Assembly: GCA_964625535.1 (NCBI GenBank) | Contig: CAZVEX010000006.1 | Span: forward strand, 1 to 62,843 | DNA: 62,843 nucleotides | Reading direction: 5' to 3' | Source: an uncultured Gammaproteobacteria bacterium | GTDB taxonomy: Bacteria > Patescibacteriota > Microgenomatia > Daviesbacterales > UBA10151 | Shown: positions 30,741 through 40,126 of the stretch, piece by piece | Layout of the letters: the number at the start of each line of letters is the position of its first letter | How positions within the stretch are numbered: position 1 is the stretch's first letter | The notes under the pieces: model-generated | Database searches by the model: none | Told to the model about the DNA's origin: nothing | Seen by the model: the letters and a program-made list of their open reading frames with translations, nothing else | Made by a program: the position numbers and the translations under genes

Positions 30741-32153
30741 TTATGGGTTAAACTTCGGCCAGGTAGTTGATACTAGAACCGGATCTATTGCCGCCATGCG
30801 CCGCTTCATTATATCAGAATAAAACTGCTGTCCTACCTCATCTGCAAATAATTTTCCGGTATAAGTTAAATCCACAGAATCAGATCCAGCCTCAACAAAT
30901 CCTAATATTGCTAGTCTCTCCCATGTATCCGGAAAAGCATCTAGGACATCAATTCCATAAGTACTTTTAAAAACAGGTCTATCAATCCCCATTTTAATTC
31001 CTAGCATTACTGTCCTTCGCATTTTTTCGTCACCTGATAAAAATTCCCCTCTCCAGATAGGTAACTCGCCTCTTTTCAGTATTGCTTCCCACCGTAGTGT
31101 GTCATTTGCATTATAATATTGCCAACCGCCAACATAAGAATATGCTGAGGGACCAACCCCCAATAATTCAGTTTCATCAGATCTTCTCCAATTATGATCC
31201 TGATATTGATGGAAGAAAGATGGATCCCTAATAAACCAATCTACCGGATTTTGTGTGTATTCAAGTTCTCCTTCCATTCGTTCGCAACTCATGGCATGCA
31301 TAAGAAGAAGGTCATAGTCTGTAGGAAATGTACTTGGATCTTTCTTCCAAAGATTATACTCTGGTGTTCCCTTTTTAAGTCTTAGGAAATACATGGCCAC
31401 AGATGCCGGCCGGAGCCTAGCAACTTCATCCAGATTCTGTTCCCAAATAGGAACAGTTTGACCTCTCAACCCGTAAATAAGGTCGAGATTTATACTTCGG
31501 ATACCAGCTTTTTGCACACGATCAAAAGCAACTAGTGCATCTTCCATCGTATGCCTTCTATTTTCTCCAGCTAAGATGTTATTATTAAAACTTTCTACCC
31601 CAATATTAACTCTGTTAACACCATGTCCTCTAAGGATTGCTAATCGATCGTCATTCGTACTCTCCGGGTGCATTTCAAAGGAAATTTCTATGCCGGGCGG
31701 TAAAACTGCATGACTTTTTATCATAGCGAAAAGTCTGTCAATTTGGCGTGGTTTCAAATAGCTGGGAGTACCGCCGCCTACATATATGGAGGCTACCTCC
31801 AATCCACCAAAGCGTTTCTTATGCATTTCTAACTCTTGATCTATACCATCAAGAAACCTGTCTACAGATTTTGAAGATTGGGCAAATTGTTTGTAGTAAT
31901 GGCAATAGTAACATTCTGCAGTGCAGAAAGGAATATGAATATACAAGGCGAGACTTCTACCATCTTTACTAGAACTAGCCGAGGTCACTTCTTGAGCACT
32001 AACCTCCCTCATAGCCTGCAAAGAAGGATATGCAATGTTTAAAAAATATGTACTTCTATCGCGCCAAATACCTGCATCTTTCACCCGTTGCAACGACAGA
32101 GTTTGTATACTTTCCGCCGCTTTGAGAACTAGTATACTATCTCTTTCATTCAT
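30741..32153 (-). CDS. HemN-like (class C) radical SAM enzyme
   Basis: LYIHIPFCTAECYYC, IYVGGGTPS, RVNIGVESF, INLDLIYGLRGQT, GVGPSAYS. Confidence 0.88.
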   Translation of the reverse strand: MNERDSILVLKAAESIQTLSLQRVKDAGIWRDRSTYFLNIAYPSLQAMREVSAQEVTSASSSKDGRSLALYIHIPFCTAECYYCHYYKQFAQSSKSVDRFLDGIDQELEMHKKRFGGLEVASIYVGGGTPSYLKPRQIDRLFAMIKSHAVLPPGIEISFEMHPESTNDDRLAILRGHGVNRVNIGVESFNNNILAGENRRHTMEDALVAFDRVQKAGIRSINLDLIYGLRGQTVPIWEQNLDEVARLRPASVAMYFLRLKKGTPEYNLWKKDPSTFPTDYDLLLMHAMSCERMEGELEYTQNPVDWFIRDPSFFHQYQDHNWRRSDETELLGVGPSAYSYVGGWQYYNANDTLRWEAILKRGELPIWRGEFLSGDEKMRRTVMLGIKMGIDRPVFKSTYGIDVLDAFPDTWERLAILGFVEAGSDSVDLTYTGKLFADEVGQQFYSDIMKRRMAAIDPVLVSTTWPKFNP

Positions 32154-32210
32154 AAATATAAGGCAGAGTGTTCTTATGATAGGGATTATACCACCTGGAC
32201 CATAAAATAT

Positions 32211-33917
32211 TCATTCCCAGGCCAGGGTTTTACGTTCCAGCTTGTCCAATTCAATTCTGGCTCTATCTTTAAAATAAGCGCTATCCCCCAGATGCTCCTT
32301 GATAATACCCAGCAAAAAATCCCCTGCCAGAATATCGGGGATAATCACATAATCCGCTCCCGCCTTGTAGAGACTTTTGGCATCTTGAGCAATCTCTGCC
32401 CGGACAATAACGGGAATATTGATGCCTCTGTAGTGTAGCTCTTCCAATAGTAATTTATTGTCCGCCGTAGAGGGAGACGTGGAAATAATCATTTTAGCCC
32501 TATTCAAATCCAAGCTGTCAAAAACTTCCGGATCTCCGATATCGCCGTATAATACGCTGATTTTTTCTTTAAGCAGGGCATCAACCAGGTGAGGATTAAA
32601 ATCCAACACCACCACCGGTACTTTTTCCTTTTTTAAAAATCTAACAATCTCTCCTCCCACCCGATGAGCACCCACCACCACCACATGATCGCTAAAGATG
32701 CCGTCTCTTCCAAGTTCCAGCTGGTGGCGAAAGTTTTTCCTTTCAAAAAAGGCTATCGTTGCTTTAAGATATTTGTACAATTTATTGGATTTGGCCACCA
32801 TCAGAGAAGAAATAATAGTGGAGACGATAAGCGAGAGGGCAATGGCTGTTAAAGAAGCCGACGATACAATGCCTATGTTCACTCCTACCACCAAAATAAT
32901 CAAAGAAAATTCGGAGATGTTGGATAAATTGATGGAGGCTTGAAACATGGTGTGCTTCCGAAAGCCAAAACTACCCAAACTTAAAAGAAAAATAATTGGT
33001 TTCAGAACTACGGCATAGAGGGTAAAGGCCACAATCAGCGGCAGGGCTTTGGAAAAATCGGCAAAATTGACCTGCGTTCCGAGATATACAAAAAACAAAG
33101 TGACAAAAAAATCTCTCAAGGGTTTGACTTTACCCTGGATTTGATAATGGTAAGGCGACGCTGCCAAGCCCACCCCGGCCAAAAAAGCTCCGATCACCAC
33201 GGAAAAGCCCAGGGACAGGGCAAAAGAAACGAAAATAAAACACCAGGCCAGAGCTGTTAAAAAAAGCAGTTCCATTGATTCGGACACCGCCCCAAAAACC
33301 CTGGGCAGTACAAAACGGTTGACAATAAACGCTCCCCCAAAAAGCAGTAGCACCTTAAAAACAAAGGTCACTATGGGGAAAGATTGCTGGAATCCGAAAT
33401 GCAAAAAAGAAGGAGAAACCGTCAGTCCCAAAAGAATCAAAACAGCCACTAAATCTTCCAGCAATAAAATGCCTACTGCCAGCTTGCCGTAAAGGGAATT
33501 CAGCTCGTTTTTTTCAAGAAGCAGCTTCACTACCACAATGGTGGAAGAAAAAGATAAACCCACCCCCAGATACACGGATTCTGTCGGATCAAAACCCAGC
33601 AGCCGGGCCAGCACAAAACCGGCAATGGAGGAAATAATGATCTGCAAAGTGGAAGACATCAAAATGGCTCTGCCCAGTTTTCTAATTTCCCTTAGATCCA
33701 TCTCCATGCCTACCAAAAACAGCACAAAAGCAATGCCTATTTCCGGCAAAAAATGCAAGACTTGCGACTGGCCAAGATCAAAAATGGCGGCTGCGGCAAT
33801 CAGCAAACCGCCCAACAGGTAGGCAATCAGAAGAGGCAGTTTAAATTTATGAGTGATGTATCCAATAACGGATGCCAGTCCCAAAATTATGGCCAACTGT
33901 ATAAAAATATTATCCAT
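32211..33917 (-). CDS. CPA2 cation:proton antiporter (KefB/C-like) with TrkA-N/RCK domain
   Basis: EIGIAFVLFLVG, SFSSTIVVVK, GILLLED, GAFLAG, VVGAHRVG, YGDIGD. Confidence 0.9.
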   Translation of the reverse strand: MDNIFIQLAIILGLASVIGYITHKFKLPLLIAYLLGGLLIAAAAIFDLGQSQVLHFLPEIGIAFVLFLVGMEMDLREIRKLGRAILMSSTLQIIISSIAGFVLARLLGFDPTESVYLGVGLSFSSTIVVVKLLLEKNELNSLYGKLAVGILLLEDLVAVLILLGLTVSPSFLHFGFQQSFPIVTFVFKVLLLFGGAFIVNRFVLPRVFGAVSESMELLFLTALAWCFIFVSFALSLGFSVVIGAFLAGVGLAASPYHYQIQGKVKPLRDFFVTLFFVYLGTQVNFADFSKALPLIVAFTLYAVVLKPIIFLLSLGSFGFRKHTMFQASINLSNISEFSLIILVVGVNIGIVSSASLTAIALSLIVSTIISSLMVAKSNKLYKYLKATIAFFERKNFRHQLELGRDGIFSDHVVVVGAHRVGGEIVRFLKKEKVPVVVLDFNPHLVDALLKEKISVLYGDIGDPEVFDSLDLNRAKMIISTSPSTADNKLLLEELHYRGINIPVIVRAEIAQDAKSLYKAGADYVIIPDILAGDFLLGIIKEHLGDSAYFKDRARIELDKLERKTLAWE

Positions 33918-34596
33918 CTAAATTTTTTAAGGCTCCTTCTAAATCCTCCGGTAATTTACTTTCCACTTCCATCCATTTCCCGGATACAGGATGTTTAAAA
34001 CCAATTTTCGCTGCATGCAAAAACATCCTTGGGCACCATCTTTTATCCAACTTATTTCTCTTCCTTCCCGCATACTTGTCATCTGCAACTATTGGATGCC
34101 CGATATGCTTTAAATGTACCCTAATCTGATGTGTCCGTCCAGTCTTGGGATAACATTTCAGGAGAGTAAATTCATTATATTTCATTCTTTCTAGTTTTCT
34201 AATTTGATTTTTATTTAAATCATTAAAAATTGATTGAAAATTTAAAATTTCAAATTTAAAATTTTTTATGGGTGTGTATTCAGTTACTGCCTCTTTGCCT
34301 TCCCCCAGCACAGTAAATTTCTCCCTATTGCCCGGGTTCCTACCAATAGCTCCTTCTATTTTGCCTCCCTCTAAAATAGTCCCGTGCACCAGGGCCAAAT
34401 ACTGCTTTTTAATTTCTCTTTGTTTAAACTGGGCTTGCAGGTTCTCTAAGGCTGAAGGAGTTTTAGCTACCAGTAATACTCCCGATGTATCTTTATCCAA
34501 CCTGTGTGCCGGCAAACCGGGAATCTCCGTTACTACCAGACCCGGAGGCTTATCTATGCCTACCAGCTCTTGATCTTCATAAAGAATTTTTAACAT
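33910..34596 (-). CDS. RluA-family pseudouridine synthase
   Basis: IDKPPGLV, HRLDKDTSG, PKTGRTHQIRVHL, GHPIVAD, RMFLHA. Confidence 0.92.
   Translation of the reverse strand: MLKILYEDQELVGIDKPPGLVVTEIPGLPAHRLDKDTSGVLLVAKTPSALENLQAQFKQREIKKQYLALVHGTILEGGKIEGAIGRNPGNREKFTVLGEGKEAVTEYTPIKNFKFEILNFQSIFNDLNKNQIRKLERMKYNEFTLLKCYPKTGRTHQIRVHLKHIGHPIVADDKYAGRKRNKLDKRWCPRMFLHAAKIGFKHPVSGKWMEVESKLPEDLEGALKNLDG
34238..34265 (+). repeat. 7-bp array (AAATTTN) x4 inside the RluA-family gene
   Basis: AAATTTA AAATTTC AAATTTA AAATTTT; encodes KNFKFEILNF on the minus strand. Confidence 0.7.
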
Positions 34597-34635
34597 GACT
34601 TGACAAATTATATCCTAAAATTAGATAGTTAAGAT

Positions 34636-35112
34636 ATGGACAAAAGAAAGCTGTTGTGGATTTTGGGAATACTTTTTGTCTTAAGCCCCATATTGGTTGT
34701 TTTGGCCATAGTCTTTATCCCCAAACTTTCTCTGTGGCAGAAGGCTCCACTCATTGTCCCGTCTGAAAAAACTCTTGATGAGAATGAGTCCCCCATTGCC
34801 TTTGACATCTTAAAAAATCCCCTGGTTTATGAATGGAGAGGATCAGTTGAAGGAACCTTGGTAGCTAAAGATGAAAAATCAATCACCCTAACAGATGACA
34901 AAGGAAATAAGATAACTATTATGGTAGAGAGTAGCTCAAAAGAAATTACCGGCGGCACAAGATTTTTTAAGAACAAGCCAACTAAAGATCCAAGAACTAA
35001 CTTTATTGATTTAAAAGATATTCCAGTGGGCACTAAACTTCTAGGAGATTTTTTTGTCTTTCCCCATAGAAAAAATGAGCTTGTTGGCAGTTCTTTTAAT
35101 ATTGTGGAATAA
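34636..35112 (+). CDS. Membrane-anchored hypothetical protein
   Basis: N-terminal transmembrane segment followed by a beta-rich domain. Confidence 0.7.
   Translation: MDKRKLLWILGILFVLSPILVVLAIVFIPKLSLWQKAPLIVPSEKTLDENESPIAFDILKNPLVYEWRGSVEGTLVAKDEKSITLTDDKGNKITIMVESSSKEITGGTRFFKNKPTKDPRTNFIDLKDIPVGTKLLGDFFVFPHRKNELVGSSFNIVE
35052..35086 (+). repeat. 35-bp direct repeat, copy 1
   Basis: TTTTGTCTTTCCCCATAGAAAAAATGAGCTTGTTG; 34/35 identical to 35983-36017. Confidence 0.95.
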
Positions 35113-35117
35113 TAAAT

Positions 35118-35146
35118 TTGACAAGTAGATAGTTTTATGATATTCT
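35118..35146 (+). promoter_or_regulatory. sigma70 promoter of the lipoprotein gene
   Basis: TTGACA-N17-TATTCT with extended TG, 9 nt before the ATG. Confidence 0.7.
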
Positions 35147-35155
35147 ATAAGGTAT

Positions 35156-35956
35156 ATGCCAGTAGAACATATGTCAACTGATACTGGGACAGAAATTGAA
35201 TATAAAGACAAGGTAGATAAAACAGTCTCACCGGGGTGGTGGAAATCATTAGGTAAAAGATTACCAAGATTTTTAATTCCAGTAGGTACTGCTATCTTGG
35301 CTGCCTGTGCACCACAACCTCCTAAAGAAGCTACTTCACATAGTGCTCCTACCTCAGCTACTTCTGGTACAGAACAGCCAATTGAAACCCAATCAACTCA
35401 ATCCCCAGAACCAACAAATACTCCCCAGGTTGAACCTACAGCTACTCCCAAACCAGCAGAACCAACTAAAACCCCTGAACCCCCTCGAGTTACAGAACGT
35501 TTTTTCCAGGAAGTAGGAATATTAGACATTTATACAAGCGATCTATTTATTGTTACTAAAGGCAAGATTGGCAAAATCTTAATTTCACGTCTGCCAGATG
35601 ATAGTATACTGCTTGCTTATAATACCCTAAGTGCGCGCACTGACGGGAAAAAACCAACACCCATTGGTTTGGTACCAAAAGCTGCTGTCCGCGGCGCAGG
35701 GTTTCAATTTAATGGCCCGGAAAAAGTAGTAGTATTGTTGCAGGAACCCAATCTTGGCGGACAAGTAGAATTTAAAAATTTACCCGGTATCAGCGAACCA
35801 GCTCTATTTAATGCCAGCAAACAAGGCAATGGTGCTGATGAATTATATGCTATGCTTGCAAAGATACATGGTGAAGTTGACCCCAGACTTACCCAGGAAC
35901 GAGCCAAAGATATTGTGACAACGCTTTATAAAGGACCTCTAGAACCATCCAAATAG
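35156..35956 (+). CDS. Putative lipoprotein with PT-rich linker
   Basis: Lipobox ILAAC after a basic and hydrophobic stretch; PEPTNTP/PTATP linker. Confidence 0.7.
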   Translation: MPVEHMSTDTGTEIEYKDKVDKTVSPGWWKSLGKRLPRFLIPVGTAILAACAPQPPKEATSHSAPTSATSGTEQPIETQSTQSPEPTNTPQVEPTATPKPAEPTKTPEPPRVTERFFQEVGILDIYTSDLFIVTKGKIGKILISRLPDDSILLAYNTLSARTDGKKPTPIGLVPKAAVRGAGFQFNGPEKVVVLLQEPNLGGQVEFKNLPGISEPALFNASKQGNGADELYAMLAKIHGEVDPRLTQERAKDIVTTLYKGPLEPSK

Positions 35957-35982
35957 TTACTCTTATCTGATTAATTGACAAC

Positions 35983-36017
35983 TTTTGTGTTTCCCCATAG
36001 AAAAAATGAGCTTGTTG
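35983..36017 (+). repeat. 35-bp direct repeat, copy 2
   Basis: TTTTGTGTTTCCCCATAGAAAAAATGAGCTTGTTG; intergenic. Confidence 0.95.
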
Positions 36018-36078
36018 ATTGAAGAAGATATAGGCGGAGTAAAATTGCCTCAAGCTTCAAAATAAATTATCATTTTAT

Positions 36079-36107
36079 TTGACAATGAAAGCAGGGATTT
36101 GTACGAT
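36079..36107 (+). promoter_or_regulatory. sigma70 promoter for a leaderless mRNA
   Basis: TTGACA-N17-TACGAT, 6 nt before the ATG at 36114. Confidence 0.7.
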
Positions 36108-36113
36108 GAGTAT

Positions 36114-38459
36114 ATGCCCTACCTTTCTAAAGCTTTAATTGCTATTTTTATCTTTTTGGGGCTGACTGTTTTTTTCTTTTTCAGCGTTAAGTCAGTTAAC
36201 GCTCAAGAGTGCGTACCCAGCTATACAGAATGTTGTCGTGACTATTACAGTAAAATGGTTTATGAATGGGATGATGGTAGTGGCTATTGCGGTGAAGGTG
36301 GTTGTGACATCCGTGATGGTGCCTGTGATCCACCCCCTCCACCCCCACCATCGCAAATTTGTACCCCTAATGAAAGATGCCTCTTTGATGATTATGGACC
36401 AGACTTTTGCTGTAATAGCAATCCCCCGAGCAAAACGACCTCTAACCCAAAAGGCAATAATGTTTGTAATTATGAATACTGGTGGTATTGTAATGGAGCT
36501 GGTACTGCTTGCGATCAAGGACCTTATGCTTATACATTAAACTCTGTAACACATGCATGTACCAGAGTACTGGCTTGTGGTATTTGTAGAGCTAACGAAA
36601 CTCAAACTGAAACACAATATTTAACTTCTTGTAATTCTTCTATCAATGGTGGGAGTTGTCCCGGCATAGAAAATTATTGTTCTGAAACAGTTACCCAACA
36701 GCAAAGAACCAGAACCTGTAATGCGGATTGTGGTGGATGGAGCGGCTGGAGTGGCTGGTCAACAGTTAATCAGTATCCTCAATGCTCCACCAGCTGCAGT
36801 ACCATTTCAGATCCATCTTCTAGCTGTTACTCCCATACCCACAGGTATCGATGTGACGTTTCTCTTTGTATTCATGATGATGCCGGCGGTACCACCACTG
36901 ATCCCAATTGTGGCGGGGCCTGTAGTGCTCCCCCGGCCAGATACAGATGCAGCAGTGGTTCTTGTATTAGAGATGATGCTTCAGGTACCACCACTGATCC
37001 CAATTGTGGCGGGGCCTGCGTTGCTCCTCCCCCACCCCCTCCTCCAGGCTCTTGTAGTGTTTCCTGGAGTTTGTCCAATTCAAATCCCCCACCCAATTCC
37101 ACTATTCAAGCTCGTGTGACAGGTATCTCTGATCCCAACGGTTGGCCAAATGTAGCGCTATATCGTGATGGCGCAACTGCAGACTATTGCTGGGGAGGTA
37201 TTACCAATCCCTGGCCCACTTTTATCTATAACTGTGTCCCAAGCGGTACCAGTGGTACACATAATCTAGCTTTTACTGTTCAACCAAGTGGCCGATCAAG
37301 ATACTCTTGTACGCCCACCCAAAACTTTACCACCCAAAACATCACTCCTTCTAACTTACAGGTATCAGGAGTTCCCGCCTGTGCCAGCGGTCCGTTTAAT
37401 GTGACCTTGAGCTGGACCAATACCAACTCCACCTTATGGGCTGACATCTCCACTAATGGTTTTGCCAGCTATTCCAATAAAAATGTTAGTAATCAAACCT
37501 CTACTGCTGCACCTGCCGGATTTAACCCCGGCCTCACTTTAAACCCCAATACTACCTACCAATGGAGACTTTGGAATGGTTCTGTGCATACAGTAGGTCC
37601 CAGTTTTATCGCCCCTTTTTGCGTTCCCTCTCCTCCCACTCTTAATGCCCCATCATGTCCGGCCCCCGGAACCACTGCCTCCATCTCTTGGAATGCCTCA
37701 TCAGGCGCCACCTACTATATGTTGCGGGCGGATGATCAAACAGCCAATGGCTGGAACGGTCAATGCAATGGCAACCAAAATCCGGGAGATGTCTGTGAGG
37801 ATATAGCCGCCACTTCTAAAAACTTTGCCTCGATCGCGAATCATACTTACAGCTGGTGGGTACATGCCTGCAACAGCAGTGGCTGCAGTGCACCAACATC
37901 TGGCACTAATTTTACCTGTACCCCCCCTCCTCCTCCCCCCTGTACCAATACCAGCCCTGGTACTAATCAGCTGACAGGCTGTTTATGGGACGGGGTGAAC
38001 TTTAATACCCCTGATGGCAATGCACCTGATGGCGTATCTTTACCCTCCCCTGTTCCTGATACAATTTATGCCTTAAATCAAGATTGGGGAACAGGTCAGC
38101 CTAATTCCTTTGTGGGAGCTGATACCTTTTCTGCCAGATGGAGAGGAAACTTCACCTTTAAAGCAGGTACTTATACCTTTTATGCCGGGGCTGATGATGG
38201 AGTGAGAGTGAGAATTGATGGAGTAACTGTGCTAGATGATTGGAGAGACACCAGCTATTTTGAGAGATCTTTCAGTCGCAGCTTTCCCACAGCAGGCATT
38301 CATTTAGTGGAGATTGATTATTATGAGAATGGTGGGCAGGCCAGGGCAACTCTCCGCTGGACCTATACCCCTCCTCCTCCTCCTCTGTCCCCCTGGATCC
38401 AGGTGATTGACGGGGATGTTCATTCAGATACTGCCATTAATGCACCGGGAGGACCGTGA
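36114..38459 (+). CDS. Large secreted Cys-rich surface protein with FN3/Ig-like and PA14 domains
   Basis: Signal peptide ending VNA-QE, poly-Pro linkers, C-terminal PA14 (DTFSARWRG..GADDGVRVRIDG..IDYYENGG); start moved to 36114. Confidence 0.82.
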   Translation: MPYLSKALIAIFIFLGLTVFFFFSVKSVNAQECVPSYTECCRDYYSKMVYEWDDGSGYCGEGGCDIRDGACDPPPPPPPSQICTPNERCLFDDYGPDFCCNSNPPSKTTSNPKGNNVCNYEYWWYCNGAGTACDQGPYAYTLNSVTHACTRVLACGICRANETQTETQYLTSCNSSINGGSCPGIENYCSETVTQQQRTRTCNADCGGWSGWSGWSTVNQYPQCSTSCSTISDPSSSCYSHTHRYRCDVSLCIHDDAGGTTTDPNCGGACSAPPARYRCSSGSCIRDDASGTTTDPNCGGACVAPPPPPPPGSCSVSWSLSNSNPPPNSTIQARVTGISDPNGWPNVALYRDGATADYCWGGITNPWPTFIYNCVPSGTSGTHNLAFTVQPSGRSRYSCTPTQNFTTQNITPSNLQVSGVPACASGPFNVTLSWTNTNSTLWADISTNGFASYSNKNVSNQTSTAAPAGFNPGLTLNPNTTYQWRLWNGSVHTVGPSFIAPFCVPSPPTLNAPSCPAPGTTASISWNASSGATYYMLRADDQTANGWNGQCNGNQNPGDVCEDIAATSKNFASIANHTYSWWVHACNSSGCSAPTSGTNFTCTPPPPPPCTNTSPGTNQLTGCLWDGVNFNTPDGNAPDGVSLPSPVPDTIYALNQDWGTGQPNSFVGADTFSARWRGNFTFKAGTYTFYAGADDGVRVRIDGVTVLDDWRDTSYFERSFSRSFPTAGIHLVEIDYYENGGQARATLRWTYTPPPPPLSPWIQVIDGDVHSDTAINAPGGP
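36888..37018 (+). repeat. Intragenic tandem duplication, 96-bp period
   Basis: Identical 35-mer GGTACCACCACTGATCCCAATTGTGGCGGGGCCTG at 36888-36922 and 36984-37018 (RYRC..C..DD..GTTTDPNCGGAC x2). Confidence 0.92.
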
Positions 38460-38462
38460 AAT

Positions 38463-38840
38463 TTAAGTTTTTTGCAGGTATGATTTTACTTCTGTCAGTA
38501 CCTGGTCCGGATTCATGGCAGATTTGATGATGTAGCCGACTGCTCCCAAATCAAAACACTCCTTAATAATAGTATCCTGACCCAAATTGGTCAAAACCAC
38601 AATGGCAGCTTTTGGGGATTTTGCAGGATGAAGTTTTAAATCATGCAAGATTGTCACTCCGTCTTTTTTGGGAAGCATGATATCCAAAAGAATCAGATCA
38701 AACTCCTGCTCCCAAATCTTTTTTAAAGCTACTTCCCCATCTCCTGCCACATCCACCAGAAAACCTTCTCCCTGAAGCAGTTCCTGATAAAACTCCCTTA
38801 AGAATTGATCATCCTCAACAATTAAAATTCTTTTTTCCAT
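38463..38840 (-). CDS. Single-domain response regulator (receiver)
   Basis: ILIVEDD, DLILLDIMLP, LTN, GYIIKS; leaderless start at 38840 (TATAAT-N6-ATG). Confidence 0.9.
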   Translation of the reverse strand: MEKRILIVEDDQFLREFYQELLQGEGFLVDVAGDGEVALKKIWEQEFDLILLDIMLPKKDGVTILHDLKLHPAKSPKAAIVVLTNLGQDTIIKECFDLGAVGYIIKSAMNPDQVLTEVKSYLQKT

Positions 38841-38847
38841 ATAATTA

Positions 38848-39741
38848 TTATACAGCAACCGGCAGGGCGATGGTAAATGTTGCTCCTTTCCCCACGCCTT
38901 CGGATGAAGCCCAAATCCTGCCATGCATCAGCTCTATCAAACTTTTGGAAATAAAAAGCCCCAGGCCGGATCCAGGGACCGAGGCGGCATCCGTGTAGGA
39001 GGAATCCAGTCTGCCAAACTTCTGAAACAACCTGCCCAGATCCTCCTTGCTGATACCCGAACCCTGATCTTTAACATAGGTTTCCACCGACTTCCCGTCG
39101 GTAAAAAAACCAATGGTGATTTTGCCTCCATGAGGAGAAAATTTCACCGCATTACCTACTACATTGATTAACACCTGCCGCAGTTTCTCCGGATCGGCGA
39201 AAATTTTGGGCAAGGCTTCCTCCAAAAGCGTCATCTGAATGTCTTTAGTAGTGGATTTCGAGTAATACACTTCATCTATAATATCCCTGCAAAGAGAAAT
39301 CAGATCCACTGGTTCGGGACTTATTTCTATCCTGCCGGATTCAATACGGGAGATACTGAGCATATCGCTAACCAAATTAATCATTCTCTCTGTGGAAATT
39401 AAAACTCTCACCAGGTATTTTTCCATGGTCTTGGATAAAGGAGTATCCGAGCGGTGCAAAGCCATCCAAGCATAGGAACGGATGGCAGTCATGGGAGTGC
39501 GTAGCTCATGAGAGACAATGGAAACAAATTCATCTTTGACCTGATCCAGTTCCTGTAATTTTTGATTGGTTACTGACAAAAGATTTAAGGTATTTTGCAG
39601 TTTTTGATTTACTTTGGCATTATCTGCCGTTAAAACCTCCAGTTTTTTATTTCTTTCTTCCAACTCCTTGGTTCTCTTGCTGTAGAAAAAGTTGATGGTC
39701 AAAATGATTGTCAAAAGGAAAAGACTGATAAAAATTATCAT
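38848..39741 (-). CDS. Sensor histidine kinase
   Basis: H-box VSHELRTP, N-box NAVKFS, DQGSGI, GSGLGL, GKGATF; single transmembrane segment. Confidence 0.92.
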   Translation of the reverse strand: MIIFISLFLLTIILTINFFYSKRTKELEERNKKLEVLTADNAKVNQKLQNTLNLLSVTNQKLQELDQVKDEFVSIVSHELRTPMTAIRSYAWMALHRSDTPLSKTMEKYLVRVLISTERMINLVSDMLSISRIESGRIEISPEPVDLISLCRDIIDEVYYSKSTTKDIQMTLLEEALPKIFADPEKLRQVLINVVGNAVKFSPHGGKITIGFFTDGKSVETYVKDQGSGISKEDLGRLFQKFGRLDSSYTDAASVPGSGLGLFISKSLIELMHGRIWASSEGVGKGATFTIALPVAV

Positions 39742-39757
39742 AGTAAATTAGATTATA

Positions 39758-40126
39758 TCAGCTTTTGTTTGAAATTAATTTTTTGGAGCAAGATAAGCAA
39801 TATCTGGCTGTAGGCATGGCCAGCAGCCTTCCTATTCCAATTTGTTGGCCGCATTTTTCACATTTACCGTAAGTGCCGTTTTTGATCCTGAAAAGTGCAT
39901 CCCTGACGCCGGCGCCCAAATTTTTGAGCTGCTGGCGAAAAACTGCAGTTTTGTTATGCTCCTCCGCCACCCATGAATCTGTCCCGGGTTCTGTGCTTTC
40001 CGCCAAAGCAGGGGTGGTGGCCGGATCATCCTTTTCCACCTCCTGCAGGTTTTTCTCCACCTCTTTCTGCTTCCTTAAGAGGTATTTTTTAATTAAATTT
40101 AAGCTTTTACGGGTTAATCTTAACAC
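39758..40126 (-). CDS. TraR/DksA C4-type zinc finger protein
   Basis: ALFRIKNGTYGKCEKC..RLLAMPTARYCLSC; GGAGG SD before the GTG. Confidence 0.85.
   Translation of the reverse strand: MLRLTRKSLNLIKKYLLRKQKEVEKNLQEVEKDDPATTPALAESTEPGTDSWVAEEHNKTAVFRQQLKNLGAGVRDALFRIKNGTYGKCEKCGQQIGIGRLLAMPTARYCLSCSKKLISNKS

Noticed and set aside
35052-36017. CRISPR array, suggested by the 35-bp repeat
   Set aside because: Only two copies 931 bp apart enclosing a gene, with no cas genes.
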